From NCBI RefSeq assembly GCF_016026235.1, contig NZ_CP065613.1: a DNA stretch of 64,000 bases; one strand, given 5' to 3'. Made by a program: the position numbers and the translations under genes. The first letter of the stretch is position 1. Every line of letters begins with the position of its first letter. The stretch is from Escherichia coli (lineage in GTDB: Bacteria; Pseudomonadota; Gammaproteobacteria; Enterobacterales; Enterobacteriaceae). The notes under the pieces are model-generated. The model worked only from the letters and a program-made list of their open reading frames with translations. It was not told the DNA's origin and made no database searches. Of this stretch, positions 12,902 through 23,793 are shown piece by piece.

Positions 12902-13780
12902 ATGAAATATTCCTTAGGGCCAGTGCTGTGGTACTGGCCAAAAGAGACGCTGGAAGATTTTTATCAGCAGGCCGCCACCAGCAGCGCCGACGTGATTTAT
13001 CTTGGTGAAGCGGTATGCAGCAAGCGCCGGGCAACCAAAGTTGGCGACTGGCTGGAGATGGCAAAATCGCTCGCAGGAAGTGGCAAGCAGATTGTGCTCT
13101 CCACGCTGGCGCTGGTGCAGGCATCCTCTGAACTGGGCGAACTGAAACGCTATGTTGAGAACGGTGAGTTTCTGATTGAAGCCAGCGATCTCGGCGTGGT
13201 GAATATGTGCGCTGAACGCAAACTGCCGTTCGTCGCCGGGCACGCGCTGAACTGCTACAACGCGGTGACGCTGAAAATATTGCTCAAACAGAGCATGATG
13301 CGCTGGTGTATGCCGGTGGAGCTTTCCCGCGACTGGCTGGTGAATCTGCTTAATCAGTGCGATGAGCTGGGCATTCGCAACCAGTTTGAAGTGGAAGTCC
13401 TGAGCTACGGTCATCTACCGCTGGCCTACTCCGCTCGCTGCTTTACCGCGCGTTCGGAAGACCGCCCGAAAGATGAGTGTGAAACCTGCTGCATTAAGTA
13501 TCCGAACGGGCGCAACGTGCTGTCGCAGGAAAACCAACAAGTGTTTGTACTCAATGGCATTCAGACCATGAGCGGCTACGTTTACAACCTCGGTAACGAG
13601 CTGACATCCATGCAGGGATTGGTTGATGTGGTCCGCCTGTCACCGCAGGGTACTGACACTTTCGCGATGCTCGACGCCTTCCGCGCTAATGAAAATGGCG
13701 CTGCGCCACTATTGTTGACGGCAAACAGCGACTGTAACGGCTACTGGCGGCGGCTGGCAGGACTGGAGCTGCAAGCCTAA
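12902..13780 (+). CDS. ubiV: Peptidase U32 family protein UbiV (partner of UbiU)
   Basis: 292 aa from ATG 12902, starting 9 nt after the ubiU stop; Cys-rich C-terminal motif (CETCC). Confidence 0.85.
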   Translation: MKYSLGPVLWYWPKETLEDFYQQAATSSADVIYLGEAVCSKRRATKVGDWLEMAKSLAGSGKQIVLSTLALVQASSELGELKRYVENGEFLIEASDLGVVNMCAERKLPFVAGHALNCYNAVTLKILLKQSMMRWCMPVELSRDWLVNLLNQCDELGIRNQFEVEVLSYGHLPLAYSARCFTARSEDRPKDECETCCIKYPNGRNVLSQENQQVFVLNGIQTMSGYVYNLGNELTSMQGLVDVVRLSPQGTDTFAMLDAFRANENGAAPLLLTANSDCNGYWRRLAGLELQA

Positions 13781-13785
13781 GTAAA

Positions 13786-13905
13786 TATGCTCGTCATACT
13801 TCAAGTTGCATGTGCTGCATCTGCATTCGTTCACCCCAGTCACTTACTTATGTAAGCTCCTGGGGATTCACTCTCTTGTCGCCTTCCTGCAACTCGAATT
13901 ATTTA
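13786..13905. repeat. ERIC (IRU) element
   Basis: The core 13828-13871, read in reverse complement, is gtgaatccccaggagcttacataagtaagtgactggggtgaacg, which matches the ERIC core consensus with one mismatch. Outer boundaries are approximate. Confidence 0.6.
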
Positions 13906-13985
13906 GAGCACAGCTCACTTTGTTAACAACTTTAACTACTCTTTAATGCAGTATTAAAGATTAATCGGTAACAAAGTGAGCTGTT

Positions 13986-14993
13986 ATGACTGATAAAACC
14001 ATTGCGTTTTCGCTACTCGATCTGGCCCCCATTCCCGAAGGTTCTTCAGCGCGAGAAGCATTCTCCCACTCTCTCGATCTCGCCCGTCTGGCTGAAAAGC
14101 GCGGCTATCATCGCTACTGGCTGGCAGAACACCACAATATGACTGGCATTGCCAGTGCTGCCACGTCGGTATTGATTGGCTATCTGGCGGCGAATACCAC
14201 CACGCTGCATCTGGGGTCTGGCGGCGTGATGTTGCCTAACCACTCACCGTTGGTCATTGCCGAACAGTTCGGCACGCTCAATACACTCTATCCGGGGCGA
14301 ATCGATTTGGGGCTGGGTCGTGCGCCAGGTAGTGACCAACGGACAATGATGGCGCTGCGTCGCCATATGAGCGGCGATATTGATAATTTCCCCCGCGATG
14401 TCGCGGAGCTGGTGGACTGGTTTGACGCCCGCGATCCCAATCCGCATGTGCGCCCGGTACCAGGCTATGGCGAGAAAATCCCCGTGTGGTTGTTAGGCTC
14501 CAGCCTTTACAGCGCGCAACTGGCGGCGCAGCTTGGTCTGCCGTTCGCGTTTGCCTCACACTTCGCGCCGGATATGTTGTTCCAGGCGCTGCATCTTTAT
14601 CGCAGCAACTTCAAACCGTCGGCACGACTGGAAAAACCATACGCGATGGTGTGCATCAATATTATCGCCGCCGACAGCAACCGCGATGCTGAGTTTCTGT
14701 TTACCTCAATGCAGCAAGCCTTTGTGAAGTTGCGCCGTGGCGAAACCGGGCAACTGCCGCCACCGATTCAAAATATGGATCAGTTCTGGTCGCCGTCCGA
14801 ACAGTATGGTGTGCAGCAGGCGCTGAGTATGTCGTTGGTAGGTGATAAAGCGAAAGTGCGTCATGGCTTGCAGTCGATCCTGCGCGAAACCGACGCCGAT
14901 GAGATTATGGTCAACGGGCAGATTTTCGACCACCAGGCGCGGCTGCATTCGTTTGAGCTGGCGATGGATGTTAAGGAAGAGTTGTTGGGATAG
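13986..14993 (+). CDS. yhbW: Luciferase-like (FMN-dependent) monooxygenase family protein
   Basis: 335 aa in the position of K-12 yhbW; family assigned from memory of the K-12 annotation. Confidence 0.85.
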   Translation: MTDKTIAFSLLDLAPIPEGSSAREAFSHSLDLARLAEKRGYHRYWLAEHHNMTGIASAATSVLIGYLAANTTTLHLGSGGVMLPNHSPLVIAEQFGTLNTLYPGRIDLGLGRAPGSDQRTMMALRRHMSGDIDNFPRDVAELVDWFDARDPNPHVRPVPGYGEKIPVWLLGSSLYSAQLAAQLGLPFAFASHFAPDMLFQALHLYRSNFKPSARLEKPYAMVCINIIAADSNRDAEFLFTSMQQAFVKLRRGETGQLPPPIQNMDQFWSPSEQYGVQQALSMSLVGDKAKVRHGLQSILRETDADEIMVNGQIFDHQARLHSFELAMDVKEELLG

Positions 14994-15009
14994 TGTGTCT
15001 TAACGCGGG

Positions 15010-15110
15010 AAGCCTTATCCGAGCTGGCAACGCTGTCCTACGTAGACCTGATAAGCGAAGCGCATCAGGCATTGTGTAGGCAGCAGAAATGTCGGATAAG
15101 GCACCGCTGA
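15010..15110. repeat. REP cluster
   Basis: gtagacctgataagcgaagcgcatcaggcattgtg plus flanking partial REP-like units between yhbW and mtr. Confidence 0.5.
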
Positions 15111-16355
15111 TTACTGATACACCGGCAGTAAATTAAAGCTCGATAAAATATGGACCAGTGCGTTGCCAACGCCAAACACCAGAATCAGCGTAATCATCGG
15201 CTTGCCGCCCCAGACGCGGAATTTCGGGCTGCCAAAGCGTTTACGCGATGCGCGGGCTAACAGCGCCGGAACAATTGCCGCCCAGATGGTAGCTGCTAAA
15301 CCAGCATAACCAATGGCGTACAGGAATCCGTTCGGGAACAGTAGACCACCCACAACAGGCGGGGCAAAGGTCAGCAATGCCGTTTTCAAGCGCCCCAGGG
15401 CTGAGTCATCGAAACCAAACAGATCTGCCAGATAGTCAAACAAACCCAGCGTTACGCCAAGGAACGAACTCGCTACCGCAAAGTTTGAGAACACGACCAG
15501 CAGAAGGTCCAGGCTACGGCTGTTCAGCACGCCGCTTAATGCCTGTACCAGCACATCAATATTACCGCCCTTCTCTGCAATACCGATAAACTCCGGACGC
15601 GGGATGTTACCCATCGTCGCCAGCAACCAGATGGTATACAGCGCCAGTGCCATCAGCGTACCGTACACCAGGCATTTCACGATGGTTTTCGGATCTTTGC
15701 CGTAATACTTCATCAGGCTTGGCACGTTACCGTGATAACCAAACGACGCCAGGCAGAACGGCAATGTCATCAGCAGATACGGCGCATAAGATGCATTGCT
15801 TTCTGCAACGTTGAACAATGTCGCAGGCTGCACATGCCCCAACAGGCTGCCAAAGGTGAGGAAGAAGGTAATGACTTTCGCCCCCAGCACAATCGCCGTC
15901 ATGCGGCTGACGGCCTTAGTACTCAACCACACCACAAACGCTACCAGCAGTGCAAAACCAAAACCCGCCGCCCGTGCCGGGACGTTTAGCGACATCTCTG
16001 CGAAGGTGTGATGCAGAATTGAACCACTGGCAGAAATATAGGCATAGGTCAGGATATAGAGCACAAAGGCAATGGAAATACCGTTGACCACGTTCCAGCC
16101 TTTGCCCAGCAAATCTTTGGTGATGGTGTCAAAACTCGAACCGATTCGGTAATTCAGGTTAGCTTCCAGAATCATCAAGCCGGAATGCAGCATACAGAAC
16201 CAGGTAAAGATCAGCGCCGCCATTGACCAGAAAAACCACGCCCCGGACATGACCACTGGCAGAGAAAACATCCCTGCGCCAATAATGGTGCCGCCGATAA
16301 TCACCACGCCGCCAAGCAGCGACGGTGACGTTTGGGTGGTGGTTAGTGTTGCCAT
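15111..16355 (-). CDS. mtr: Tryptophan-specific permease (HAAAP family)
   Basis: 414 aa polytopic transporter in the position of K-12 mtr. Confidence 0.9.
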   Translation of the reverse strand: MATLTTTQTSPSLLGGVVIIGGTIIGAGMFSLPVVMSGAWFFWSMAALIFTWFCMLHSGLMILEANLNYRIGSSFDTITKDLLGKGWNVVNGISIAFVLYILTYAYISASGSILHHTFAEMSLNVPARAAGFGFALLVAFVVWLSTKAVSRMTAIVLGAKVITFFLTFGSLLGHVQPATLFNVAESNASYAPYLLMTLPFCLASFGYHGNVPSLMKYYGKDPKTIVKCLVYGTLMALALYTIWLLATMGNIPRPEFIGIAEKGGNIDVLVQALSGVLNSRSLDLLLVVFSNFAVASSFLGVTLGLFDYLADLFGFDDSALGRLKTALLTFAPPVVGGLLFPNGFLYAIGYAGLAATIWAAIVPALLARASRKRFGSPKFRVWGGKPMITLILVFGVGNALVHILSSFNLLPVYQ

Positions 16356-16406
16356 GAGGGCTTCTCTCCAGTGAAAAATAGTGCGACTGCGTTGTTATGC
16401 ATTGCA

Positions 16407-16427
16407 CTGTACCAGTACACGAGTACA
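16407..16427 (-). promoter_or_regulatory. Candidate TrpR operator in the mtr promoter
   Basis: The minus strand reads GTACTCGTGTACTGGTACAG, a degenerate GTACTAGTT-AACTAGTAC-like palindrome, 50-70 nt upstream of the mtr start. Confidence 0.35.
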
Positions 16428-16431
16428 AAAG

Positions 16432-16467
16432 ACAAAAAAAAAGCCCCGATGGTAAAAATCGGGGCTG
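16432..16467 (-). terminator. Rho-independent terminator downstream of deaD
   Basis: Hairpin agccccgat/atcggggct followed on the minus strand by a run of about 9 T. Confidence 0.6.
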
Positions 16468-16483
16468 TATATATTATTTTACA
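16466..16483. promoter_or_regulatory. Candidate TyrR box upstream of mtr
   Basis: TGTATA-N6-TTTACA fits the TGTAAA-N6-TTTACA consensus. Confidence 0.35.
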
Positions 16484-16508
16484 GATTGTGTTCGCTGTTC
16501 AGCGATGA

Positions 16509-18398
16509 TTACGCATCACCACCGAAACGACGACGACCGGTAGAGTCATCACGACGCGGAGCGCGGCCTTCACGACGTTCGCCGCTAAAACGACGACCAT
16601 CACCACGGCCACCTTCACGGCGTTCACCGCTGAAGTTACGACCGCCTTCACGACGTTCGCCACCGAAACCACGACCACCGCCACGACGCTCACCGCCAGT
16701 ATGCGGCTGTGCATCGCCCAGTAACTGCATGTTCATCGGCTTGTTGAGAATGCGAGTGCGCGTAAAGTGTTGCAGCACTTCACCCGGCATACCTTTCGGC
16801 AGTTCGATGGTGGAGTGAGAAGCAAACAGCTTGATGTTACCAATGTAACGGCTGCTGATGTCGCCTTCGTTAGCAATCGCACCAACGATATGACGAACTT
16901 CAACACCATCATCGCGGCCCACTTCAATGCGGTACAGCTGCATATCGCCAACATCACGACGTTCACGACGCGGACGATCTTCACGGTCACCACGCGGGCC
17001 ACGGTCGTTACGATCGCGCGGACCACGGTCATCACGGTCACGGAATTCACGTTTCGGACGCATCGGCGCATCTGGCGGTACGATCAGAGTACGTTCACCC
17101 TGTGCCATTTTCAGCAGTGCCGCAGCCAGAGTTTCGAGATCCAGCTCTTCACCTTCAGCAGTCGGCTGAATTTTGCTCAGCAGTGCGCGGTATTGATCCA
17201 GATCGCTGCTTTCCAGCTGCTGCTGTACTTTAGCGGCGAATTTTTCCAGACGGCGTTTGCCTAGCAGTTCTGCGTTCGGCAGTTCTACTTCCGGAATAGT
17301 CAGCTTCATAGTACGTTCAATGTTGCGCAGCAGACGACGCTCGCGGTTCTCAACGAACAGCAGCGCGCGGCCAGCACGACCCGCACGACCGGTACGACCG
17401 ATACGGTGAACGTAAGACTCAGAATCCATCGGGATATCGTAGTTAACTACCAGGCTGATACGCTCAACGTCCAGGCCACGGGCTGCAACGTCGGTCGCAA
17501 TCAGGATGTCCAGACGACCATCTTTCAGGCGTTCCAGTGTCTGTTCACGCAGCGCCTGGTTCATGTCACCGTTCAGCGCGGCGCTGTTGTAGCCGTTACG
17601 CTCAAGAGCTTCAGCCACTTCCAGAGTCGCGTTTTTGGTACGAACGAAGATAATCGCCGCATCAAAATCTTCCGCTTCCAGGAAACGTACCAGTGCTTCG
17701 TTTTTGCGCATACCCCAGACAGTCCAGTAGCTCTGGCTGATGTCAGGACGGGTAGTCACGCTGGACTGAATGCGCACTTCCTGCGGCTCTTTCATAAAGC
17801 GGCGGGTAATGCGACGAATCGCTTCCGGCATGGTTGCAGAGAACAGAGCGGTCTGATGACCTTCCGGGATCTGCGCCATAATGGTTTCAACGTCTTCGAT
17901 GAAGCCCATGCGCAGCATTTCGTCAGCTTCATCCAGAACCAGACCGCTCAGTTTAGAGAGGTCCAGAGTGCCACGTTTCAGGTGGTCCAGCAGACGGCCC
18001 GGAGTACCGACAACGATCTGCGGCCCCTGACGCAGGGCGCGTAATTGCACGTCATAACGCTGGCCGCCGTACAGAGCAACCACATTTACGCCGCGCATGT
18101 GTTTAGAGAAATCCGTCATTGCTTCAGCAACCTGTACCGCCAGTTCGCGGGTCGGTGCCAGCACCAGAATCTGTGGTGCTTTCAGCTCAGGATCAAGATT
18201 CTGCAACAGAGGTAAAGAGAATGCTGCAGTTTTTCCGCTCCCCGTCTGGGCCATACCCAGAACGTCGCGGCCATTCAGCAGATGTGGAATACACTCTGCC
18301 TGAATTGGAGATGGTTTTTCGTAACCCAGATCGTTAAGGGCTTCAAGGATAGGAGCCTTCAGGCCCAGATCTGCAAAAGTGGTTTCGAATTCAGCCAT
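16509..18398 (-). CDS. deaD: Cold-shock DEAD-box ATP-dependent RNA helicase
   Basis: 629 aa from ATG (cat at 18396-18398); AQTGSGKT and DEAD motifs; RGG/ERREGG-repeat C-terminal tail. Confidence 0.9.
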
Positions 18399-18471
18399 GT
18401 AGTACGTGTGCCTCAAAATTAATGGCGGCCAGTCTACATAACTCATCATGAAATTGATCAGCAATTTTCAT
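18391..18471 (-). CDS. yrbN: Small upstream ORF (26 aa) overlapping the deaD start codon
   Basis: The minus strand translates to [26 protein letters not shown] with a stop overlapping the deaD ATG. This matches my recollection of K-12 yrbN, but the call is unverified. Confidence 0.45.
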
Positions 18472-18577
18472 TGAAAAGTGTGAACCGGCTCAAAGTAGGT
18501 GTATTAACGAACAACAACGCCCTCACCCGTTAAGGTGATGGCAATCAAAAAAGATTACGGGCTGATGTGTACGTCAG

Positions 18578-19462
18578 CTATTGCTGGTCCGATTCTGCCA
18601 GGTCATCTTGGTCCTGGCCCAGGAGCGATAATTCCAACAATGCGTATCGGTGCTCAACAAAGTTATGAACGTTGTTGGCAACCGCCAGTTTGAACAGTGC
18701 CGTGGCGCTGTCCAAATCCCCCAGACTTAGGTAGTACTTACCTAAATAGAAGTTGGTTTCACTGAGATGCTCAGCGAGCGAGGTGTTATCCGTTGCGTCC
18801 GCCTTGAGCCTTTCCATTAACGTTTGTTCGCTAATGTTGCCCAGGTAGAACTCGACAATGTTCCATCCCCACTGTTCCTTATCCGATTTTTCGAAGTGCT
18901 GTTTCAACACTTCTTTAGCCTGCTTCTCATCGAGCTTCTGCTCGGCGAGATAAAGCCACAGACTACGGAAAGGATCATTGGGATCGTCTTGATAAAACGC
19001 CAGCAGATCATCTTGCGCTAACTTGTCACGACCGCCGTAATATAATGCGATCCCGCGATTCAAGTGCGCGTAGTTGTAAGTTGGATCAAGCTCAAGTACA
19101 GAATCAAACGCTTCATAGGCAGCATCAAAATTGCCTGCCTGCGTTAAATATATGCCTAAGTAATTGAATACTTCAGGCATATCCGGTCGGATTGCCAGCG
19201 CTTGCGAAAAATCGTTACGCGCTAATGCCCTCAGACCGAGACTATCATACAACACTCCGCGCTCATATAAAAGCTGTGCGCGTTCGTCATCGGTTAAAGC
19301 CCGACTGGCAAGGATTTGTTCCATACGTGCCAGAATCACTTCCTGCTGTAAAGTCGGTTGCAATGGTACCGCGAGGACTTCACTTTTACGCCAGGAAGTA
19401 TTACTGCATCCTGCAAGCGTAAGTGCTGTCGCAACGAAACACCAGCGCAAAAAAGGCTTCAT
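18578..19462 (-). CDS. nlpI: TPR-repeat outer-membrane lipoprotein
   Basis: 294 aa; lipobox LTLAGC followed by TPR repeats. Confidence 0.9.
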
Positions 19463-19570
19463 TTCCCACTCCCGAAGACCACGGTTGAATGAACGTCCTG
19501 TTCCCGGTTGCTAACAAGGCGTCCTGCCCGGTTAAAAGCCCCCCGCCGCAGCGGAGGGCAAATGGCAACC

Positions 19571-21706
19571 TTACTCGCCCTGTTCAGCAGCCGGAGCTTC
19601 CGGTGCTGCAGCAGGTTGAGACTGCTCAGTCGCTTCTTTAATGCTCAGACGGATACGGCCCTGGCGATCAACTTCCAGAACTTTCACCGGTACTTCCTGA
19701 CCCATCTGCAGGTAATCGGTCACTTTCTCAACGCGTTTGTCAGCGATTTGAGAGATGTGGACCAGACCTTCTTTACCGCCGCCGATGGCAACAAATGCGC
19801 CAAAGTCAACGATACGGGTCACTTTACCAGTGTAGACGCGGCCCACTTCGATTTCTGCAGTGATCTCTTCGATACGACGAATAGCATGTTTCGCTTTCTC
19901 GCCGTCGGTCGCTGCGATCTTCACAGTACCGTCATCTTCGATTTCGATGGTAGTGCCAGTTTCTTCGGTCAGGGCACGGATAACAGAGCCGCCTTTACCG
20001 ATAACGTCTTTGATCTTATCCGGGTTGATCTTGATGGTATGGATACGCGGTGCGAACTCAGAGATATCGCCACGCGGCGCGTTGATCGCCTGTTCCATTA
20101 CGCCCAGGATATGCAGACGCGCACCTTTAGCCTGGTTCAGCGCAACCTGCATGATCTCTTTGGTGATACCTTCAATTTTGATATCCATCTGCAATGCAGA
20201 GATACCCTCGCGGGAACCCGCAACTTTGAAGTCCATATCGCCCAGGTGATCTTCGTCGCCCAAAATGTCAGACAGTACAACGTAGTTGTCGCCTTCTTTC
20301 ACCAGACCCATTGCGATACCCGCAACGGCAGCTTTGATCGGCACACCTGCGTCCATCAGCGCCAGAGACGCGCCGCACACGGAAGCCATAGAAGAGGAAC
20401 CGTTGGATTCAGTGATTTCAGACACAACACGTACGGTGTACGGGAATTTGTCCATATCCGGCATGACTGCCAGCACGCCGCGCTTCGCCAGACGACCGTG
20501 ACCAATTTCACGACGCTTCGGAGAACCGACCATGCCGGTTTCGCCTACGGAGTACGGAGGGAAGTTGTAGTGGAACAGGAAGGTATCGGTACGTTCGCCC
20601 ATCAGTTCATCAAGAACCTGCGCGTCACGAGCAGTACCCAGCGTTGCGGTAACCAGCGCCTGCGTTTCACCACGGGTGAACAGCGCAGAACCGTGAGTAC
20701 GCGGCAGCACGCCAGTACGCACATCCAGACCACGGATCATATCTTTTTCACGACCGTCGATACGCGGTTCGCCTGCCAGTACGCGGCTACGAACAACGTT
20801 TTTCTCGATAGCGTGCAGAATTTCACCCAGTTCGTTTTCGTCCAGGGTTTCGTCTTCAGCAAGCAGCGTCGCGATGGTTTCAGATTTGATGACATCAACC
20901 TGCGCATAACGCTCTTGTTTGTCGGTGATGCGGTAAGCATCGCTCAGGCGAGCTTCAGCCAGTGCAGCAACGCGCGCGTTCAGCGCTTCGTTTACCGGCT
21001 CCGGCTGCCAGTCCCAACGCGGTTTACCGGCTTCTTTCACCAGTTCATTGATGTTCTGAATAACAACCTGCTGTTGTTCATGACCGAACACTACTGCGCC
21101 CAGCATCTGGTCTTCGCTCAGCAGTTCAGCTTCAGATTCAACCATCAGTACAGCGGCTTCAGTACCCGCAACAACCAGATCCAGTTTGCTCTCTTTCAGC
21201 TCGTCCTGAGTCGGGTTCAGTACGTACTGGTCATTGATGTAACCTACGCGGGCAGCACCAATCGGGCCATTGAACGGAATACCAGACAGAGACAGTGCTG
21301 CGGAAGCACCAATCATCGCGACGATATCCGGGTTAACCTGCGGGTTAACAGAAACCACGGTGGCGATAACCTGAACTTCGTTGACGAAGCCTTCCGGGAA
21401 CAGCGGGCGAATCGGGCGGTCAATCAGACGCGCGATCAGGGTTTCGCCTTCGCTTGGACGACCTTCACGACGGAAGAAGCTACCCGGGATACGACCAGCA
21501 GCGTAGGTACGCTCCTGATAGTTAACGGTCAGTGGGAAGAAGTCCTGACCTGGTTTGGCTTTTTTCTGGCCAACAACGGTAACAAATACCGCGGTGTCAT
21601 CCATGCTAACCATAACAGCGGCAGTAGCCTGACGAGCCATCATGCCGGTTTCCAGAGTCACGGTGTGTTGGCCGTACTGGAATTTACGAACGATCGGATT
21701 AAGCAA
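19571..21706 (-). CDS. pnp: Polynucleotide phosphorylase
   Basis: 711 aa from a UUG start (caa at 21704-21706); two RNase PH domains plus KH and S1 domains. Confidence 0.9.
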   Translation of the reverse strand: MLNPIVRKFQYGQHTVTLETGMMARQATAAVMVSMDDTAVFVTVVGQKKAKPGQDFFPLTVNYQERTYAAGRIPGSFFRREGRPSEGETLIARLIDRPIRPLFPEGFVNEVQVIATVVSVNPQVNPDIVAMIGASAALSLSGIPFNGPIGAARVGYINDQYVLNPTQDELKESKLDLVVAGTEAAVLMVESEAELLSEDQMLGAVVFGHEQQQVVIQNINELVKEAGKPRWDWQPEPVNEALNARVAALAEARLSDAYRITDKQERYAQVDVIKSETIATLLAEDETLDENELGEILHAIEKNVVRSRVLAGEPRIDGREKDMIRGLDVRTGVLPRTHGSALFTRGETQALVTATLGTARDAQVLDELMGERTDTFLFHYNFPPYSVGETGMVGSPKRREIGHGRLAKRGVLAVMPDMDKFPYTVRVVSEITESNGSSSMASVCGASLALMDAGVPIKAAVAGIAMGLVKEGDNYVVLSDILGDEDHLGDMDFKVAGSREGISALQMDIKIEGITKEIMQVALNQAKGARLHILGVMEQAINAPRGDISEFAPRIHTIKINPDKIKDVIGKGGSVIRALTEETGTTIEIEDDGTVKIAATDGEKAKHAIRRIEEITAEIEVGRVYTGKVTRIVDFGAFVAIGGGKEGLVHISQIADKRVEKVTDYLQMGQEVPVKVLEVDRQGRIRLSIKEATEQSQPAAAPEAPAAEQGE

Positions 21707-21906
21707 TGTAATATCCTTTCTCTTTCTTAGACAGTACCTTACGGCACTGGTGTTAATACCCGATCTTCTGCGCATCCTCGCGACTAATGACAACCCTAAC
21801 CCAGCTCTATGTGGGTAAAGCCTCTCATTAGCCGCGCGAACCTCTGCAACGGAAGATCATTCATAGCAACAATACATTAGTTTCCAGTGAATTGCTGCCG
21901 TCAGCT

Positions 21907-21936
21907 TGAAAAAAGGGGCCACTCAGGCCCCCTTTT
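21907..21936 (-). terminator. rpsO rho-independent terminator
   Basis: Hairpin aaggggcc/ggcccctt with a T-run on the minus strand, just downstream of rpsO. Confidence 0.6.
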
Positions 21937-21952
21937 CTGAAACTCGCAAGAA

Positions 21953-22318
<366 letters not shown>

Positions 22319-22370
22319 TTAAGCGGCAGTATTCTACTCGTAGCGACCTGTTATCGCAAGACGGTTAACA

Positions 22371-23315
22371 TTACGCCGGGTATTCAACCACCAGGCGACG
22401 AGGCGCAACGCGGCCTTCATCGTCAATTTCGCCCATACCGATAAATTTGCCGTTCTCACCTTCCGTGACGCGAACCAGTCCTTCCAGCGGCGCACCAGAT
22501 GTACGAACCGGGTTACCATTTTTGAAGTAAACAGAAGACGTTAACGGAAGATTCACCACCGGATAGTCCGAAGCTGGACTGTCCATTGGCATCAGTAATG
22601 GATCAAGTAACTCCGCAGCCGGAATATCCTGCTGTTCAGCTTGCTCAACAAGTTCACGCAGGTGCTCCAGGGTCACCATCCGTTCAACCGGATATTTACT
22701 TACCGCCAGACGGCGCAGGTAAATAACATGCGCGCCACAACCGAGTTTTTCACCCAGGTCATCAATGATGGTGCGGATATAAGTGCCTTTTGAGCAGTGA
22801 ATTTCCAGCTCCAGCTCATTGCCTTCATGGCGAATAAACAGCAATTCATAAACGGTAATCGGACGCGCTTCACGCGGAACTTCAATGCCCTGACGCGCAT
22901 ATTCGTACAGTTTTTTGCCCTGGTATTTCAGTGCTGAATACATCGATGGGATCTGTTCGATATCGCCACGGAAAGTATCCAGTGCCACCGCCAGTTGTTC
23001 TGCACTAAAGGTTACCGGACGCTCTTCAACGATTTGTCCGTCGGCGTCAGAAGTATCAGTACGCTGTCCAAGACGCGCAATGACCCGATAGCGTTTGTCG
23101 GAGTCCAGCAGATACTGGGAAAACTTCGTCGCTTCCCCGAGGCAAATCGGCAACATGCCGGTCGCCAGCGGGTCCAGCGCACCGGTATGACCGGCACGGT
23201 TGGCGTTATAAATCCGTTTCACTTTTTGCAGCGCATCGTTGCTGGACATACCCTGAGGTTTATCCAGCAACAAAACGCCGTTAATGTCGCGACCGCGACG
23301 ACGAGGACGACTCAT
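22371..23315 (-). CDS. truB: tRNA pseudouridine-55 synthase
   Basis: 314 aa with the [12 protein letters not shown] catalytic-Asp motif. Confidence 0.95.
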   Translation of the reverse strand: MSRPRRRGRDINGVLLLDKPQGMSSNDALQKVKRIYNANRAGHTGALDPLATGMLPICLGEATKFSQYLLDSDKRYRVIARLGQRTDTSDADGQIVEERPVTFSAEQLAVALDTFRGDIEQIPSMYSALKYQGKKLYEYARQGIEVPREARPITVYELLFIRHEGNELELEIHCSKGTYIRTIIDDLGEKLGCGAHVIYLRRLAVSKYPVERMVTLEHLRELVEQAEQQDIPAAELLDPLLMPMDSPASDYPVVNLPLTSSVYFKNGNPVRTSGAPLEGLVRVTEGENGKFIGMGEIDDEGRVAPRRLVVEYPA

Positions 23316-23716
23316 TAGTCCTCCTTGCTGTCGTCCGGGTTAACACGACGTTCTTCGTCATGTTTGACCACGCTGGTCACCAGGTTTGACATGCGCATCC
23401 CTTCAACCAGAGAGTTGTCGTAGAAGAAGGTCAGTTCCGGCACGATACGCAGGCGCATCGCTTTCCCCAGCAGGCTGCGGATGAAACCAGAAGCTTCTTG
23501 CAACGCTTTGATGCCCGCTTTAACCGCGTCTTCATCTTTGTCGTTGAGGAACGTCACATATACTTTGGCATACGCCAGGTCGCGAGACATTTCGACACCG
23601 GAAACGGTGGTCATCATGCCCAGACGAGGATCTTTAATTTCACGCTGCAGGATGAGAGCGATCTCTTTTTGCATTTCCTGCGCTACGCGCTGCGGGCGAC
23701 CAAATTCTTTCGCCAT
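23315..23716 (-). CDS. rbfA: Ribosome-binding factor A
   Basis: 133 aa from [20 protein letters not shown]; its stop overlaps the truB start by 1 nt. Confidence 0.9.
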
Positions 23717-23793
23717 AATAAATTCTCCTGACAAAAAAGGGGCTGTTAGCCCCTTTTTAAAAATTAATTTCAGGTGGAAGGGCTGTTCACGTT

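Noticed and set aside
12678-13414. 148-aa and 166-aa minus-strand ORFs.
   Set aside because: Antisense to ubiU and ubiV. GC-rich shadow frames.
16486-17264. Pro/Ser/Arg-rich and other ORFs in several frames (16486-16818 plus, 16499-16714 minus, 16733-17071 minus, 16767-17264 plus).
   Set aside because: They overlap the deaD 3' repeat-coding region. deaD in its own frame gives the recognised DEAD-box protein with an RGG tail.
16509-18464. N-terminally extended ORF-track starts (deaD 651 aa; likewise pnp 740 aa, folP 304 aa, secG 126 aa, mlaB 129 aa, hpf 123 aa, yraK 449 aa and others).
   Set aside because: The extensions overlap upstream genes or regulatory regions. Internal starts that reproduce the known protein lengths were used instead.
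19508-21730. 740-aa plus-strand ORF.
   Set aside because: Lies entirely antisense to pnp, which has clear domain content and a known UUG start. No RBS or recognisable protein features. An antisense shadow frame.
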